Shown: piece by piece, positions 1-13,468 of the stretch | Layout: every line of letters begins with the position of its first letter | How positions within the stretch are numbered: position 1 is the first letter of the stretch | DNA from: Neoechinorhynchus agilis | Taxonomy: Eukaryota; Animalia; Acanthocephala | Direction of reading: 5' to 3' | NCBI GenBank assembly: GCA_051530055.1 | Contig: CM121342.1 | Span: forward strand, 654,797-718,796 | Length of the DNA stretch: 64,000 nucleotides | Position numbers and translations under genes: made by a program | The notes under the pieces: generated by a model | What the model was told of the DNA's origin: nothing | The model's database searches: none | Seen by the model: the letters and a program-made list of their open reading frames with translations, nothing else

Positions 1-1849
1 AGCAAACTTTAAAATGCACAGAAAAAAATTAAATAATCATAATTCAGAATTATACTTAAGATATAAGAATACTATAAAACCACTGTTTTTTAATGCAAAA
101 GTATTGTATAAATAATGATTATTAACTTAACTTCAAAACGAATCTAAATTTAAAAACTAAATGCAATCGTAAACAACAATTTTAGTAGACAAAAATATCT
201 CAGCAGAAGTTGCTATCAGAGGCAATAACGTAAATTGATTTTAAATTTTCATTTTACGTTTTTAATTTCTTCATCCTTATTCAAGGGTCGATGAATGGGA
301 ATAAAAATATTCGGAATCGGTACGATTTTACAAAGAGATTATTTTAAGAAATAAAATTTAACAACATTACGATTGAACACTATTGAAATTTGTAAAATTA
401 GAAGAAATCGTTTAACTAGGTTTAATTATTTTAAGAGTGGTTAAAAAGTTTCATGAATGGAAGTAATTGTTTTCGTAGCTTTGCAGCAATTCAACTTTTT
501 ATAGCATTTCTAGGTTTTCCGCTAGTCAGCGAAGAGGAGCACTTTTTCGATAATAACGAAGTGTCCAATGTAGGTTCATTATTCATGTAATCAGCCTTGG
601 ACAATGAATTTATTTCTTGATAAATAGAAAAGAACATAAATACAAATTTATTCTTTAAAAGTGAAATGGCATCAAGCAGCAAAGAAGTGGAACTTCACCA
701 AAACTAATCAATATTTTTATTGAGATTAGTTCGGACTTCAGATCAATTCATTACGACTTACTTTTCCGACTTTAAAATTTATGGCTTGCATTCTTATGAG
801 GCTCCAAGCCGTTCGTTGCGGAGCTAAAGATTAATAACGAAATTTCCATTCATTTCTTCGTTGTCCCATCCGCAAATTTTTGGTGTTTTATATGATCAAG
901 CATAACAGTTAAAAAATCGAATCTATATGCGCATGAACATTGCTAGTTGTTCTTCGTTCTTTATCAGATTAGAAAATGCTCGAATTTACAGCGGTGATGA
1001 CTTATAATTAACTATAAAAATTAAAAAGAATGAAGCTTTCAGTATAAAGACCTTAACTTGTTTATCTCAAGAGAAGAATTCGAATTTTTGACATTTTCGA
1101 ACAGAATACATCGTAAAATGCTAACAGTTTCTTGAAGTTTTGCCAATGTTTTTATTAGCAAATTACACCCACGAGTAAAGGTAGCGTTTCGCACAGCGAA
1201 GCAAACAATAATTAATAATTTTTCGAAATTATAGTAAGACGTATAAGTCTTGATTACCATTCCTTGTGAGTCTAATATGCATTCCATTAGACCAGATTAT
1301 CGTCTTTTTCCATCAATAGCAATTCCTTCTCCTCTTGCTCTATATCTTTTTTGAGTTTTGCTATTCGTTCTTTTATTTTTTCCAAATTAAGCTGATATCT
1401 TTTCTCGGCCGAGAAATGATAATGCAATCGATCCAACAACAAGACTAGCAAATGGCAGGGACCATATAATATGAATGAAGAGAGTGAAAACATTGTAAAA
1501 TATCTTCTTGTGAAGGAAAGCTTGTGCGAATAAGAGTTTGTCAACGTTCTTCCTTTAAAGAGTATCTTCACAAACGATGACAATGAACTTGATGATTTTC
1601 CACACCAACACCATATTCCCGCGATGCTTCAATTCTATTCTTCGTTTGATGACATTTTGATCATCAAAAAATAATAAAGGTCACGGTTAGAACGCCATTA
1701 AGAGAGAAATGCAATCAGAAGGAAATTCATTGGAGTTTGATAGTACGCGTTGATTTCTGCTTCAAAGGATTTGATATCGACTTGTTTGAGCGCCATAGGC
1801 TGAAAACGTGAAGTAGATTCATTTTTTAATCGATATCAAAAGATATTAT

Positions 1850-2100
1850 TTTTGAAACTATTAAATTATTTGCTTATTCAAAGTAAGTGCTGCAAAATTA
1901 ATCAAAGTAGGTAGCTCTAAAAATACAAACCTGTTCTCTTGTCGGGTTTAGAATAGTAGCTGGAAAACGGTATTATTCTTTGATGCTTTAACCGTTTTAA
2001 TTTTATGCATAGCAAGTTTAAATCATCGAAATCATTTTCAACGTATAAAGTATTTTTATCATAGTTTAATGCAAATCAATAGATAACTGTGAGAAGCAAT
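1850..2100. repeat. Dispersed non-coding repeat, related copy at about 5250-5290 plus 5510-5700
   Basis: Shared blocks such as tgctgcaaaatt(a/g)atcaaa(a)gtaggtagc and cctgttctc...ggtttagaa occur in both places. Confidence 0.6.
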
Positions 2101-3353
2101 CAATATTCTACTTTTCAATTGCCACAAAGGCTAAAAGGTCATGTGTCATTATAAATACTTTACAATCTTCAATTATAAATTTAATTAATTAAGAGAATCA
2201 TAGCATTGGAAGTTTAAAAAGCATAAAGCTAATAAAAAAAGTAATAATTGCATTCAAAACGAAATAGTTGGGATTTTCAAATCGGAATTTACTTCTGGCA
2301 AATGCTATTCATTTGTGCGGTTAACGTATACAGTTTTACGAAGCTAAAAACGCGCACTGATATTCTCAGTGCTTTACGACGCCACAAATATACTCACAAT
2401 CACAAATGTCTTAATTTCGATCAACAAAAAATCTTCAATATAATGAAATATACGCTTTTGAAATGTGTGCAAATTTGGCAGGTATAAATTGTGTAAAAAA
2501 GTACAACTTCAATGTTTGAAAATTTAACTATTCATGCTTGCTTATGAATAAATTCTTTTAATTTTACGCCATAAACAAGTATAACTTCAATGGAATTTAA
2601 GCTGGAAATTTTTGTCTTCATTTTAATTCTCATTCTGTACAAAAATCTTTTCAAAAATTTAAAATTAGAAGAGAATGTTATGATGCTTAGTAATGGATTC
2701 TATTTGCTTAATTTGCCATAGTAGAGGAACAATTTTTTACAAATACTTTTTATTAAGGCTAAAATAATGAGAAATTCTCGAAATTGATCTTCTTTAAAAA
2801 AAGTTGAAATGGATATAAATTGGAAGTTTCATTTTTGATATTGAAAGGACTATGGTATTGCTGAAGGATATCTAGAAAAATGCCATCAGGTTTTTAAGGC
2901 GCTTCCCAGACCGAAATCGGTGGACTGTGTGTCCATTCAGCCGTGTAGAGAAAAATGAAAATATCTATCGAATAAGAACTGTTTTTACGTTTTAAGATAT
3001 GATTTTAATATTTAGCAAGCCAAAAGGGGTTTTAATCCCGTAAGAAAAAACAATTAAAATCTATCGTATCGCCATTTATGCAAAAATAAACGATAGTAAT
3101 GGTTAAAAGTAACTGTAAAATCAAGAATGTTGGGTCGTATGCGACAGCTTCTAAATTAACAACCAAGCATTGCGAAGTTGTAGCCAAGCATTGAACGTAG
3201 CTATATAGAAAGAAGAGCAGTGATGAATTAAGCTGAAATATTTTATGAAAATAATTTTTATGTTTAAAGTATTAAAAAATGTCACATGTCAAAATTTTGC
3301 TTTTGGATCCAGCTTTTTTTCAAAACATTGTATTTTTTTAAATCAATTTAATT

Positions 3354-3705
3354 TTGAAATTCCATCGTGCCGCATGGCGAGAAGGAAAATGCCTTCTCGC
3401 CGCCATTAAACCAGGGGGAGCCGCAACCGCCGCTGAGGAACGCAAAAGGACAAAATACAGGCACCTGAGTCGAAATCATTATTTTGTGCCCTTTGGCGTC
3501 GAGACACTCGGCTCGTTTGGTACCGCGGCGCAGGACCTGGTGAAGCAATTGTCCAAGCGATTGAAACGAATCACTGGCGATCCGAGATAAGGAGCATTCT
3601 TCCTACAAAACATAAGTTGGCTGTGTAAAGAGGGAGCGCTGCATCCGTCATTTCTACTTTTACAGCAGGACGGCAGCTGAGTGATCCAGAGCAGTGGCAT
3701 GAATG
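3354..3705 (+). mobile_element. CRE-like non-LTR retroelement 3' fragment (restriction-like endonuclease domain)
   Basis: Translates WREGKCLL...AATAAEERKRTKY...FVPFGVETLGSFG...TGDPR and ends in the family 3' motif GATCCAGAGC.GTGG..TGAATG. Confidence 0.8.
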
Positions 3706-4271
3706 TTTGTAAGAACTGGTCGGATCTACTTTGATTAGAGATTCTTCTATCATGTTTTTACATCAAACTATTTCAAACATAATTATTTCACCCCAAAGTG
3801 CAGGTATTGGCTGAAATTTTCAATTAACAATAACCTCGCCTCGCTTTGGCTCACGCGCAAAGCATCTAAAACATAAGTATATCACCCAGTGTACTTTTGT
3901 GGTTTATAATTTTTTATAGTTGCGCGACCGTCGATTTCGATGATTTGATTAAGAGAAGTAAGTTTATCACAAACAAGAAAAATGCTTGAAATGATTTTTT
4001 CTGTGGGTTTTTATTCAGACGCTTATTTTACAATTAGTAATAAAGTGTTTTTGATTAAAAATTAGCAAAATCGATTATTAACATTACGGTGCTGTCGTGA
4101 TCATTTTTAAAGATAGATTTCGGGTAGTTTAGTATTCCTTAATGACAAAAATTCACTTGAAATTTTTAAAATAAAAGATGCTGCCGACTGATGTGCACCA
4201 CACTCAAAATATTAAAGATTCTTTGTGGTTTTTTGTAAAACCTGTTTTAACTTGAATTCTGAACCTTCCTT

Positions 4272-4656
4272 TTAAAGTATACCCTGACGATGCATAATTT
4301 TAGTGCTTCCTTGCTCTAGTTCCCTTTTGATCCTTTCCATCACCGTGTTCAGTTTATTAACTTCTTCGCCCTGTTGCATCTTAAGCATCGATAATTTCTC
4401 TTCCTCTTCCTTGAATATTCTCTCCTTTTCCATTTCTCGTTGCATATTTTCTTCCCTTTCTTTATCCCATCGTTCTCTTAAACGTTTATTTCTCTGCTTT
4501 AAATCGCACACTTTCTTTTTAATGCCAGCTACCTCGTCACCTATGACTTTCAAAACACTTTCACAATCTTTCCTAAAAATAGACAATGAACGATATTTTT
4601 TGTTAGCAAATCGAAAGGTACTCTAAGTCTAGGACTTACATTGGCGATTCCAACAT
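4272..4656 (-). CDS. Small coiled-coil protein, 2 exons (4656-4640, 4572-4272)
   Basis: ATG 4656; GTAAGT...TTTTAG intron 4573-4639 joins in frame to MLESPMKDCESVLK...; E/K/R-rich. Confidence 0.55.
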
Positions 4657-4974
4657 TTTTTATGTTCTAGCTGAAAAGGGTTTGCTGAAGAAAGAAAACT
4701 TCAATGGTTGTTTATATACCGAAATATAGTTGCAAACAACGACGAAAATAAAATGATTTTTCATCTGTGTGCTACATTTTGGGATGATTCAATTCTATTA
4801 TTCCTTACCGACACGCTGATCATTAAGAAATATAGGAGATTGAAGAGCGTAGAAATTTTTGAAGAACGAATATGACTCATTTAAATTCTGCCCTAAAAAG
4901 GTGTCATTCTAAACACCATTAATAGAAAAGAAATTCATTGCGGGTATAAATTTTTGGAGCTCGCCATAGGCTTT

Positions 4975-5155
4975 AAGGTCTTCATCCGGTAAATAATTTT
5001 TTGTTAAATGCGTTTCGAACCTCGTCGGGATCAACATCAGTTTGTTAGTTATTAAAAGACGTATATTGAGGGTCAATAACAAAAAAAAATGATGATCTCG
5101 ACGAGGTTCGATACGCATTTAATAAAATATTATTTACCGGATGAAGACCTAAGTA
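4975..5155. repeat. Inverted pair of a ~58 bp repeat (third copy 20529-20585) resembling permuted hammerhead halves
   Basis: CCGACGAGGTTCGAAACG...TTATTT(A/T)CCGG(A/G)TGAAGACCT at 4975-5030 (-), 5097-5155 (+), 20529-20585 (+). Confidence 0.6.
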
Positions 5156-5304
5156 CCAAGTGATAACCCAAACAACAAGTCTAACCACTTATACCCCGGT
5201 ACCTCACGTATCGGCATTCTGAAAACGTGAATTAAATCAAAAAAAATTATTTTGAAACTATCAAATTATTTTTTTATTTATTAAATTATTGCTTTCTTTT
5301 GGTA

Positions 5305-5445
5305 CTTTTGCCACCCTGGATTTAAATTCAATTATTTATTTCCGATATTTCGTCGGATAATTCCGATATTATCAAGGTTTGTCATTGTTTATCCCACGTG
5401 AAATATCGGAAATAAACCCGTGAAGTTAAATCCAGGGTAGCAAAA
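5305..5445. mobile_element. Palindromic MITE-like element
   Basis: Outer inverted repeat TTTTGCCACCCTGGATTTAA / TTAAATCCAGGGTAGCAAAA and inner inverted repeat TTTATTTCCGATATTTC / GAAATATCGGAAATAAA. Confidence 0.6.
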
Positions 5446-8202
5446 CTACTAAACGAAAGTATATTTTTAAACGAAGACAATAATCCAAGAAATCAAATTA
5501 TTGTTTGATCCCAAATAAATGCTGCAAAATTGATCAAAAGTAGGTAGCAATTAAAGCATAAACCCTGTTCTCCCTTTCGGTTTAGAACAATATGTTGAAA
5601 TATGTCGAAAAAAGCGCTGTAAAATATTGAGAGAAGCAATATTACTGATAAAAACTTCAATTATACTTCTAAATTTGTGACAATAATTTTTCTCATTGTA
5701 ATGCATATTAATTTTTGCTATCGAAACAGATTTTAACATTTAAACATCCGCATTTTTCATGTTCGGCGTTTTAGTTTCGCAAACAGGTAACACGATAACC
5801 TGATAATGCAATGCCAAAGGTGCTTGCGCCCAAATAGCTGGACACGATAATTGTTTAAAGAAATATATACATGCGGTCGGGAAAATCAGCTGACAATGTA
5901 ACAAATAATAAAAAAAAGAACAAGGGATAAATAAAAATTTTAATTGTGAGACGAGAATAAACACTTGCAACTCAAAAGATCGTCCGTGTTGCTTTAATTA
6001 TCATGGAAGCCAATGTCCTGTAAAATGATTGTAATCAGCTACTTGATGGTAATTGAGTTTCTATTTCTCACAGAATTTATCCTCTATTATTATTAGTTTC
6101 ACCGACCGTAATTTATAAATGTTCCACAATTTAATATAGAAATAAAAGTAAAAATTTGGATCATTCTCAATATGTTAAGAGATGTGCTTAAATTTCTTTA
6201 ACATTCGATTGGCCGAAAACTGTTATCTATAATAAAAAAATTACGACTGGATTATGAACATTTAACTGAAAGTTGTATTGTATAAAAAATGTATAAAGCC
6301 GTGAAGAATGACGAACAATGATATAGAAATAGTTTAAGCGTATGTATTTATCTCAAAAAAATAACGCTGTTTCCTGACCTAAAACTTTCTAATCATCCTT
6401 CTCTATTACCAGGGTTCTTATTTTGCTCGCCATTGTTTGAAATAGCCGAATTCCGTTTTTTGAAGGATGACAGCTCTTAAATAAATCATTCTATTGCTTA
6501 CTTAACTTTTGATCTTAATCTTTAAATAAAAATTATATTTTTTTAAAATCTGGCTAGTCCGTTACTTTTATTTTGTGTCTAAGTGTAACCTTTTTCACGG
6601 TTGGAGCAAATAGCAATACGCGCCCAAGGAAAAATTATCAGTCGTGAAAAATGCCAAACTTAAACACAGAAAAAAATCTATGCAAATTTCAATACAAGCC
6701 TATCACTTTTTATTAAAATTGTTAACAATAAAAATCCTCAAATGCAATGAAGGACTCAATCAGTTCATATAGGCGTTCGAGGACTTTCAATCAAAATAGA
6801 GAAGTTTCAAAATAAAAAAGAAAGAAGATATAAGATCTCATAAGGAGAGAAGTTTTGGATTTTTCGCCAATATTATTTCGCTTCGAAATTGTCTGAAACT
6901 TTTGCACTATTTTTCGCCAGGGCGATAACTATTGTTTTTCTCCTTAACTTTAAAAAATTAAACATCAATGCGCGAGGCTGGTTTCTCAACCGGTATCAAA
7001 AATTTCACTCAGGCATAATTTATAGTCGCCGTTGTTTTACCTAAGAAATCCAGATGAACTCTGAAAGTTTTCTTGCAAATAACCTATGTTAGTAACTTTA
7101 GTTGCGTCTGAATTTATGATCAGTATACTTAAATAATGAAGTTTATTTGCTGGTAAAATACTGGCAACAATGAAAAATTTCTTATGATAATATTTCTCAA
7201 GTCTTGAAATCACGCATTAAAGCGCTCCAATTGTTTTCTAGTCTTATTCGTAAAAGCGTTCGTGTGTTTACCTTTAAGAGTCTAAACTTATTCGAATTTC
7301 TACTTCATACAAACGGTGACCATATTAATCACCCATCTTCTCTATCACTAGGCTTCAATCATGATGCTTTTCGATACTCATGCAATGTTGGCTCTTCAAT
7401 CTCTACATTCTGCAATACCTTTTAGGCATGTACAGATTCTGGAACTTTAATCACATTCTCCTAACGTTCCAACCTTTGTCCTTCGCCTGATAACTTTTGT
7501 AAAGTTTTATTTTTTAAGTATTCGACTAATAATCATTCGTATAAAAATCATTGACGATCTTCAGATTCTCTGAAGCACTCTTCCTAATAATAGATTGTTC
7601 CTTTCCTCATTTTGCCTGACATTTCCAACTTATTCATTATTTGTTGCATGTAAATGCAGACGTGATGCGAATATATTTTTAATGCTATGTTCATTTTGCA
7701 TCCTATCAGACTTTCTGGAAAAAACAATTTTATAAAATAAAAATCATTTCTGCGATAAATATTACGATAGAAATAGTACATAATGTTAACGTTCGCTTCC
7801 CATCTTCGAGTCTTATTCCAAAAATACTATATTTACTTCCAAAATACGTAAATGCACCTTTAAGTTATAAAATTCAATGTTTAACACTTCAACTTTCGGA
7901 TTGGTTATTTTTTACGCCTGATTTATGAATAATTAAAGGAGACAATCGATACGTCCGTTTTCGCAATCATATAAGGGTGAGATCAGTCAAATTGTTTGCA
8001 TTTTTAGCGCTTTAGAAAACTTCATTCGAAAAAGAGAATAAATTTTTTAACTTTATTTGCCAAATCTCTGAAAACGTTAATTGGCCCTTAAGAGGGCCAT
8101 TTAATGCAAAAACTTCTTATCGCTAATCATTTGTCTCTGTCTTAGAGCAGTGTCAATATGAAGCAACACTGAAAGCAAAACTTAACATCATTTTGCACCT
8201 TA

Positions 8203-10299
8203 TCAATCATCATCCTCTGATACCATCGAATCATCGCTGTAATTATCTAGGTCGCTGATACTTGGTAGTGGCTCTTTAAGTATCCTATCCATTCCATCTT
8301 GATCACCAATCAATTCCAATTCGAAAAGTTTCATTCCCTGGGTCTTATAAAATTGAGCATAACGTCTTTTTATTATTTCCTTTTTTGTCCTGCGGATCTT
8401 TGGAGGTTCAGGGATCTTTTCATCGTCTTCTTCCTTATGGCTTTTATCAGTGCGATCTGGTTGCACAAAATCCAACGGTTCTTGACTGCTGCACTTCGTG
8501 ATCTTTTCATCGTCTTCCTCCTTTACGCTTTCATCGCTGCTCTCAGTATGTACAGAGTCGAATGATTCTTCAATAGTGCAATCTCTGATCAATTCAACGT
8601 CTTCCTCCTTAGCGATTTTATCGCTGACATCAACCTGCTCAAGTCCCCTTGGTTCTTGACTGCTACATTTCGTGATCTTTTCATCGTCTACATCCTTCAC
8701 ACTTTCATCGCCGCTGTCAAACTTTAGTAATTCCAACGCTTCTTGACGCCAACGCTCCAAATCGAAGGCTGCTTCTCCCGAAATCATTTCATAGTTGACA
8801 GGACGGTCACTGAGTGTTACTTTTCCAAGTATTTCCAGATCAATTTTAAATACTTCTTGAATGCATTTTTTACAAGAAAGCACAATTTCGTCTGAGGCTA
8901 TTGTGATTTCGCTGACCGGGCCATGGTATATGAGGGTATTTTGACGCATAATACGTAAATCATTAATAAAATCTTCAACATTTTGGTACGAGTTCCTCTT
9001 AATTTTTCGTTTTATCAGTGCTAAATGCATTGGATTCTTAATTACTTCGTAGTATCTTGGATTTTTTTTGCGATGTACGGCTTCTTTAAAGTAATCAGCA
9101 TTCTTCACCTGCATGATATGCTCGTTGATAATACGGTTGAGAATGTGTGCAAATGATGTATCACTATTTTCTCCAAGCATTGGATCAATTCTTATTTCCA
9201 ATTCCATTATTTCTACCTCTCGTTTTTCAATTCCATTTGCCAATGCACGACAAACTTTTATGGCCGACGTAGTCATCCTGTGATCCTTACCATATTCATT
9301 CTCCACATTGTCAATCATGCGCTTGAGATCTATTATAAGAGTTCGTCGGTGTAAATAATACCTTTCATTCAATCTCTTATGAATTGTGCGAAGGTTAAAT
9401 ACCTCTTCTTTGTGATTTTGTGCTTTGTTTTTATTTCTTACCAAAGTATAAAACGGTTTTGCCTCAGGCAATTTCGTTATTTTCAAAAAAATATCCTTAA
9501 GGATTTTTGAAAGTGATTTTACGGGGTCCGAACGACCAAATGTTGATTTTCGTTGTTGTTTGCTGTTATCAACTCTATCAAAAAACATTCAATACGTCCG
9601 AAAGTTAGTAAAATAGTACTTACTCTTGGTCTGAAACTTCAGATGACGATAGTTCTAGAGCTTCGAAGAAATCAGATAGCTCCTCTTCAGATTCATCTTT
9701 GTTTTTTATTGGGATTGCACACGAAACCTTTGAATGTTTACGTGAACGAATATTTCCCGAATCGCGTATCATTCGGTTGGATGAATTTAATGTGCCAAAT
9801 TTTTTAGAAGGCTCATCTTGTGAACTATCATCCTCATTCACTGGAATCGCACGAGAAACTTTCGATCGCTTCCGAGCTAGTTTTTTACCGCGTTGTTTAA
9901 GCCGATCGAATAAAGGATCGTGTTGAGAAATGCTCAACGTGTTCAAATTTTGGGAAAGTTCATGTTCAGAATCACTATTCTTCTTTACTGTCTTTGTGGA
10001 AGAAAGTTTTATAATTTTGTCTTCATCTGAGCCACTGCGATTTCGGCTCTCGTTCGTGCATATATTCGATGGATGATTTTGCTTTGATGGTTTTGTATCA
10101 TCTTCACCTTTTCCAACGGTTTTCTTGTCGGAATTATCCGTATTTTTCTCTTCCTGCGTTGAATTTGTTCTAAAAGCGAAAGTTTAATAATCTTGCATAT
10201 TTTACCAGTGAGGACTTACGTTTCATCTGATTCATCACTTTGAGAAATGCCAAATCTGTGAAAGGATTTGGAATGATCGTTTTCAGAGGGTTCGTCCAT
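8203..10299 (-). CDS. Stand-alone TAF1-like tandem (double) bromodomain protein A; exons 10299-10220, 10169-9624, 9574-8203
   Basis: LSKILKDI...ELEIRIDPML...FAHILNRII...YYEVIKNPMHL...YHGP matches the recalled TAF1 double bromodomain; two GTAAGT..AG introns of 50 and 49 nt keep the frame. Confidence 0.8.
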
Positions 10300-12528
10300 T
10301 TTAAGAAAATCGCAAGAAAAGCTCAATAACGAGGTGGTATGTATTCAGTTCTAAGCGGGCTCGATGCACTATTCAGCTGAAATGAGCCAATAGGATTTCA
10401 AGCTGTATGATCAAAGGAGATTTGTTTTGTTTTTCATTAAGAATGTGTGTTCATTAAAGCGTGCAATAAGATGTCTTTTGATCTTTAAGTGCGTTGCGTG
10501 TTTTTATTTGCCTGCTGCTGTGAAACACTAAATGGCTTTTAAGTTCTCGCAACTGGAGTTAAACTGATTTATTTTAAAATTTAAAGACTTTTCGTGAAAA
10601 TCTTAGCTTCTGTAGTAAATTACCTCCGTTAAAATGTAATAACAAATGCAACTAAATTTTAATTGTGTTTAATCTTCAATTTTTCTAGAACTATTTCCCA
10701 ATGAGTGAAAATTCAGCCGTTAAATTCTCGAACGGGCAAGAGGGTGAACAGGCGATGACTGCTGCGGCATCAAATGGAAAATCAAGAAGCGTCAATTTAA
10801 AAAATGAAAATTCATTGACTGTCAAAGACAAAGTGGTTCGCGGCGATTCAAATTCCCTGCAAAAAAAGCAGAATTAGGAAATCGCGCTAGAACAAAAAGT
10901 TATGGAGGAAACGAAGTCATGCAAACTTGTCAAGGATAACCATAAAAAATCATAGTGCATCCACAATCGCTTATTTCGGTATTAGATAAAAAAAATTGAG
11001 GGCAGTGGCGGCGTACATTAGTCATTAAGAACTACAGCAGGAATGCTCAATCACCTTCAAACGATTAAACTGCATATTCATATTGTTCGTGTCAAAAAAG
11101 TGGTTATTTAGTCTTTTTCTATTATGAAGCAATTGTGCAGTTTAAATAAAAAAAACCAATAAAGGAATGAAAATACATTTTTCTTAAAACAAATTTACTG
11201 TCGCAAAGATAAACAAATATTCTCGTTATGCAAAATAAATAGAAATCTTCCTATTTTAACATTTAATGCACAACGCAAAATTGCAAAAATTGCCTAAAAA
11301 TAAATGCACATTTTAAACCACATTTAAAAATGACTCATTCATTCCGCCAAAACAAAACTTTTGAAATCGTTACTTATTGACAATAAATTTTCGAAATTAT
11401 TTATATCAGTTAACTTTATCGCATTTAAATTTTATGCTCTCAATTAAGGCCGTAAATTTCTAGGAATTCCAATGGAAAGCAAAAGAAATGTTTACCATTT
11501 AAAATGCAACTTATAAAACTTTTGATGCTAATAATGATCACTCAAACGATGTTTAAAATAGTGTTATTCTGTAAAAAAATTTCCTTCTGATGCACCTTTT
11601 TATCAATGAATCTCGATTTAAACCAGATAAAAAAATGGGAATATCCCGATAATGAGCTGGAGTTTCGGTGCACAAATGCGTAATGGTCGTTCTTCTATAA
11701 ATTTGATTTATCTTCGGCGGAATTAACAAAAATTAAGACGACAAATACCATATTACCTCGCGGTATAAATATTTCTAACAATTTGGAAACACTTTTGAAC
11801 TACGGCATTGAAATAGTAACATATAATTAATTTTCCCACTTGTAGCACTTGGGGAAAATGCAAAGTAATTAAAATGTCATAAAAAAGGCGCCTTAAAATT
11901 AATAACGCCTCTGATCGATTTATGTATTGTATATTGAAACTATTGCTTTTTAATCAAAGCAAAGATAGATAAAGGACGCTTCAAAAACAATGGAAAAATC
12001 GTAAAAGTCATTGAATCATTTTACGGACGATGTGTACTTCTAAGAGCCCTGAAATGTATTTTGTAATCACATAAAAATATTTCGAGCATTTTTTTTTATT
12101 TTTCATAAGTTTAATTGTAAGAGAGTGTTGTAAGAGAATTGATTTTATTGAATCTTTTCCCATTAATTAATTTTTCAGTGCAAAAGTACTAAGAACGTTT
12201 CGTTTGCATCGACTTTGTTTCATTTTGATTGATTTTTCACTCTTAGTGGGTAATGCCACGAGTAATTACGGGAAAGTCGTTTAATTAGTTTTTATATTAA
12301 AGATCTTCCAAAACTACGCAAATAAGATTCTAACGAATGCACGAACAAACATTTCTTTGCGACTCATTTCCTGAATTCTGATTGGTTGCAAAATTGTGCG
12401 CATGCTATCTAATGCAACAATACTATTTTTGCAAGAACTAATTACCTCCGTTAAGTCTACAATCTAGCTTAAAACTTTACAAAACACTAATCATTTTTTG
12501 TTTCCAAATGTCATTTTCTACTCCATGG

Positions 12529-13468
12529 ATGGAACTAATTGAGTTGCAAGACCTCCGGGAACTTCTTGTCCATGGAATGAGGCCAAACGTAGAATTTAAG
12601 TAAGTAATATTTTTCATTTAATAGCTAGACTATAAAAACTTTCATTTTTAGGAATATGAATTCACTACAGCAGGAAGCTGTGGTTAACCTGTCGAAGGTG
12701 CTTCGCCACATACTAAATCTTCCATTTGACGATTATGCTGAACTAAACGAATTGCGAATACATGACGATACAGAAAAAGTATATCACTCGAAAATTAATT
12801 CTGAATGGATGTCAATAAAGAAAATCGAAGAAAAAATAATACGGTACGAATATCATCACCGGTACATGATGTTGGGTGACCTTAAGGTTTTCGAGCACTG
12901 TTATAAAATAGTTTACGGGCCGTCAGGTCGAATGTATTCACTTGCCAGGAGTTTTGTTAGGAGAATTTTGAAGCCAATGAAGACGTTCCGAACCATGATG
13001 CTCGATTATGAAATGCAAGCTTATCGTCCTAAAATCGTGTACAACAATCTTGTCCTACGAAGGTGTTTGGAACTTATTGTTCAACGTTGTGTTCGACCTT
13101 ATCTTCCACCAGTATTCATTCAAACAAGAACACGTCGCGAACAAAAAGATTACGATGCAGTTATCAAAACTCCAATGGATTTTGAAATTGTTATGGAAAA
13201 GATAAATTGCGAATGTTATTATCATGCTGGTGAATTCATTAAGGATATGAGACAAATACACATCAACGTTAAATTGTACTATGGATATGTTTGTAACGAA
13301 GAACTAAAGATGGCCTTAATGCGTAGAAGTTGCGATAGATATATTTATGAACATCTCGAATACGTTTTATGTGTCGCAGAACGAGAAGACATTTATGAGG
13401 ATAACTACGAAGAGAATGAAAACCCAAACACCAATGTGATCAATGGAACCAATAATGAAGACGAATGA
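12529..13468 (+). CDS. Divergent double-bromodomain protein B; exons 12529-12599, 12652-13468
   Basis: DYDAVIKTPMDFEIVMEKI...Y...EFIKDMRQIHINVKLYYG bromodomain pattern plus a degenerate first repeat; 52-nt GT-AG intron. Confidence 0.7.

Noticed and set aside
1039-1800. Fragmented minus-strand ORFs with in-frame TAA stops, suggesting an alternative genetic code
   Set aside because: Long conserved genes have no in-frame stops and D-LDH ends in TAA; no family was recognised and no gene model could be built
7204-7500. Coding-like minus-strand frame with several stops
   Set aside because: No recognisable motif; at most an old pseudogene or TE remnant
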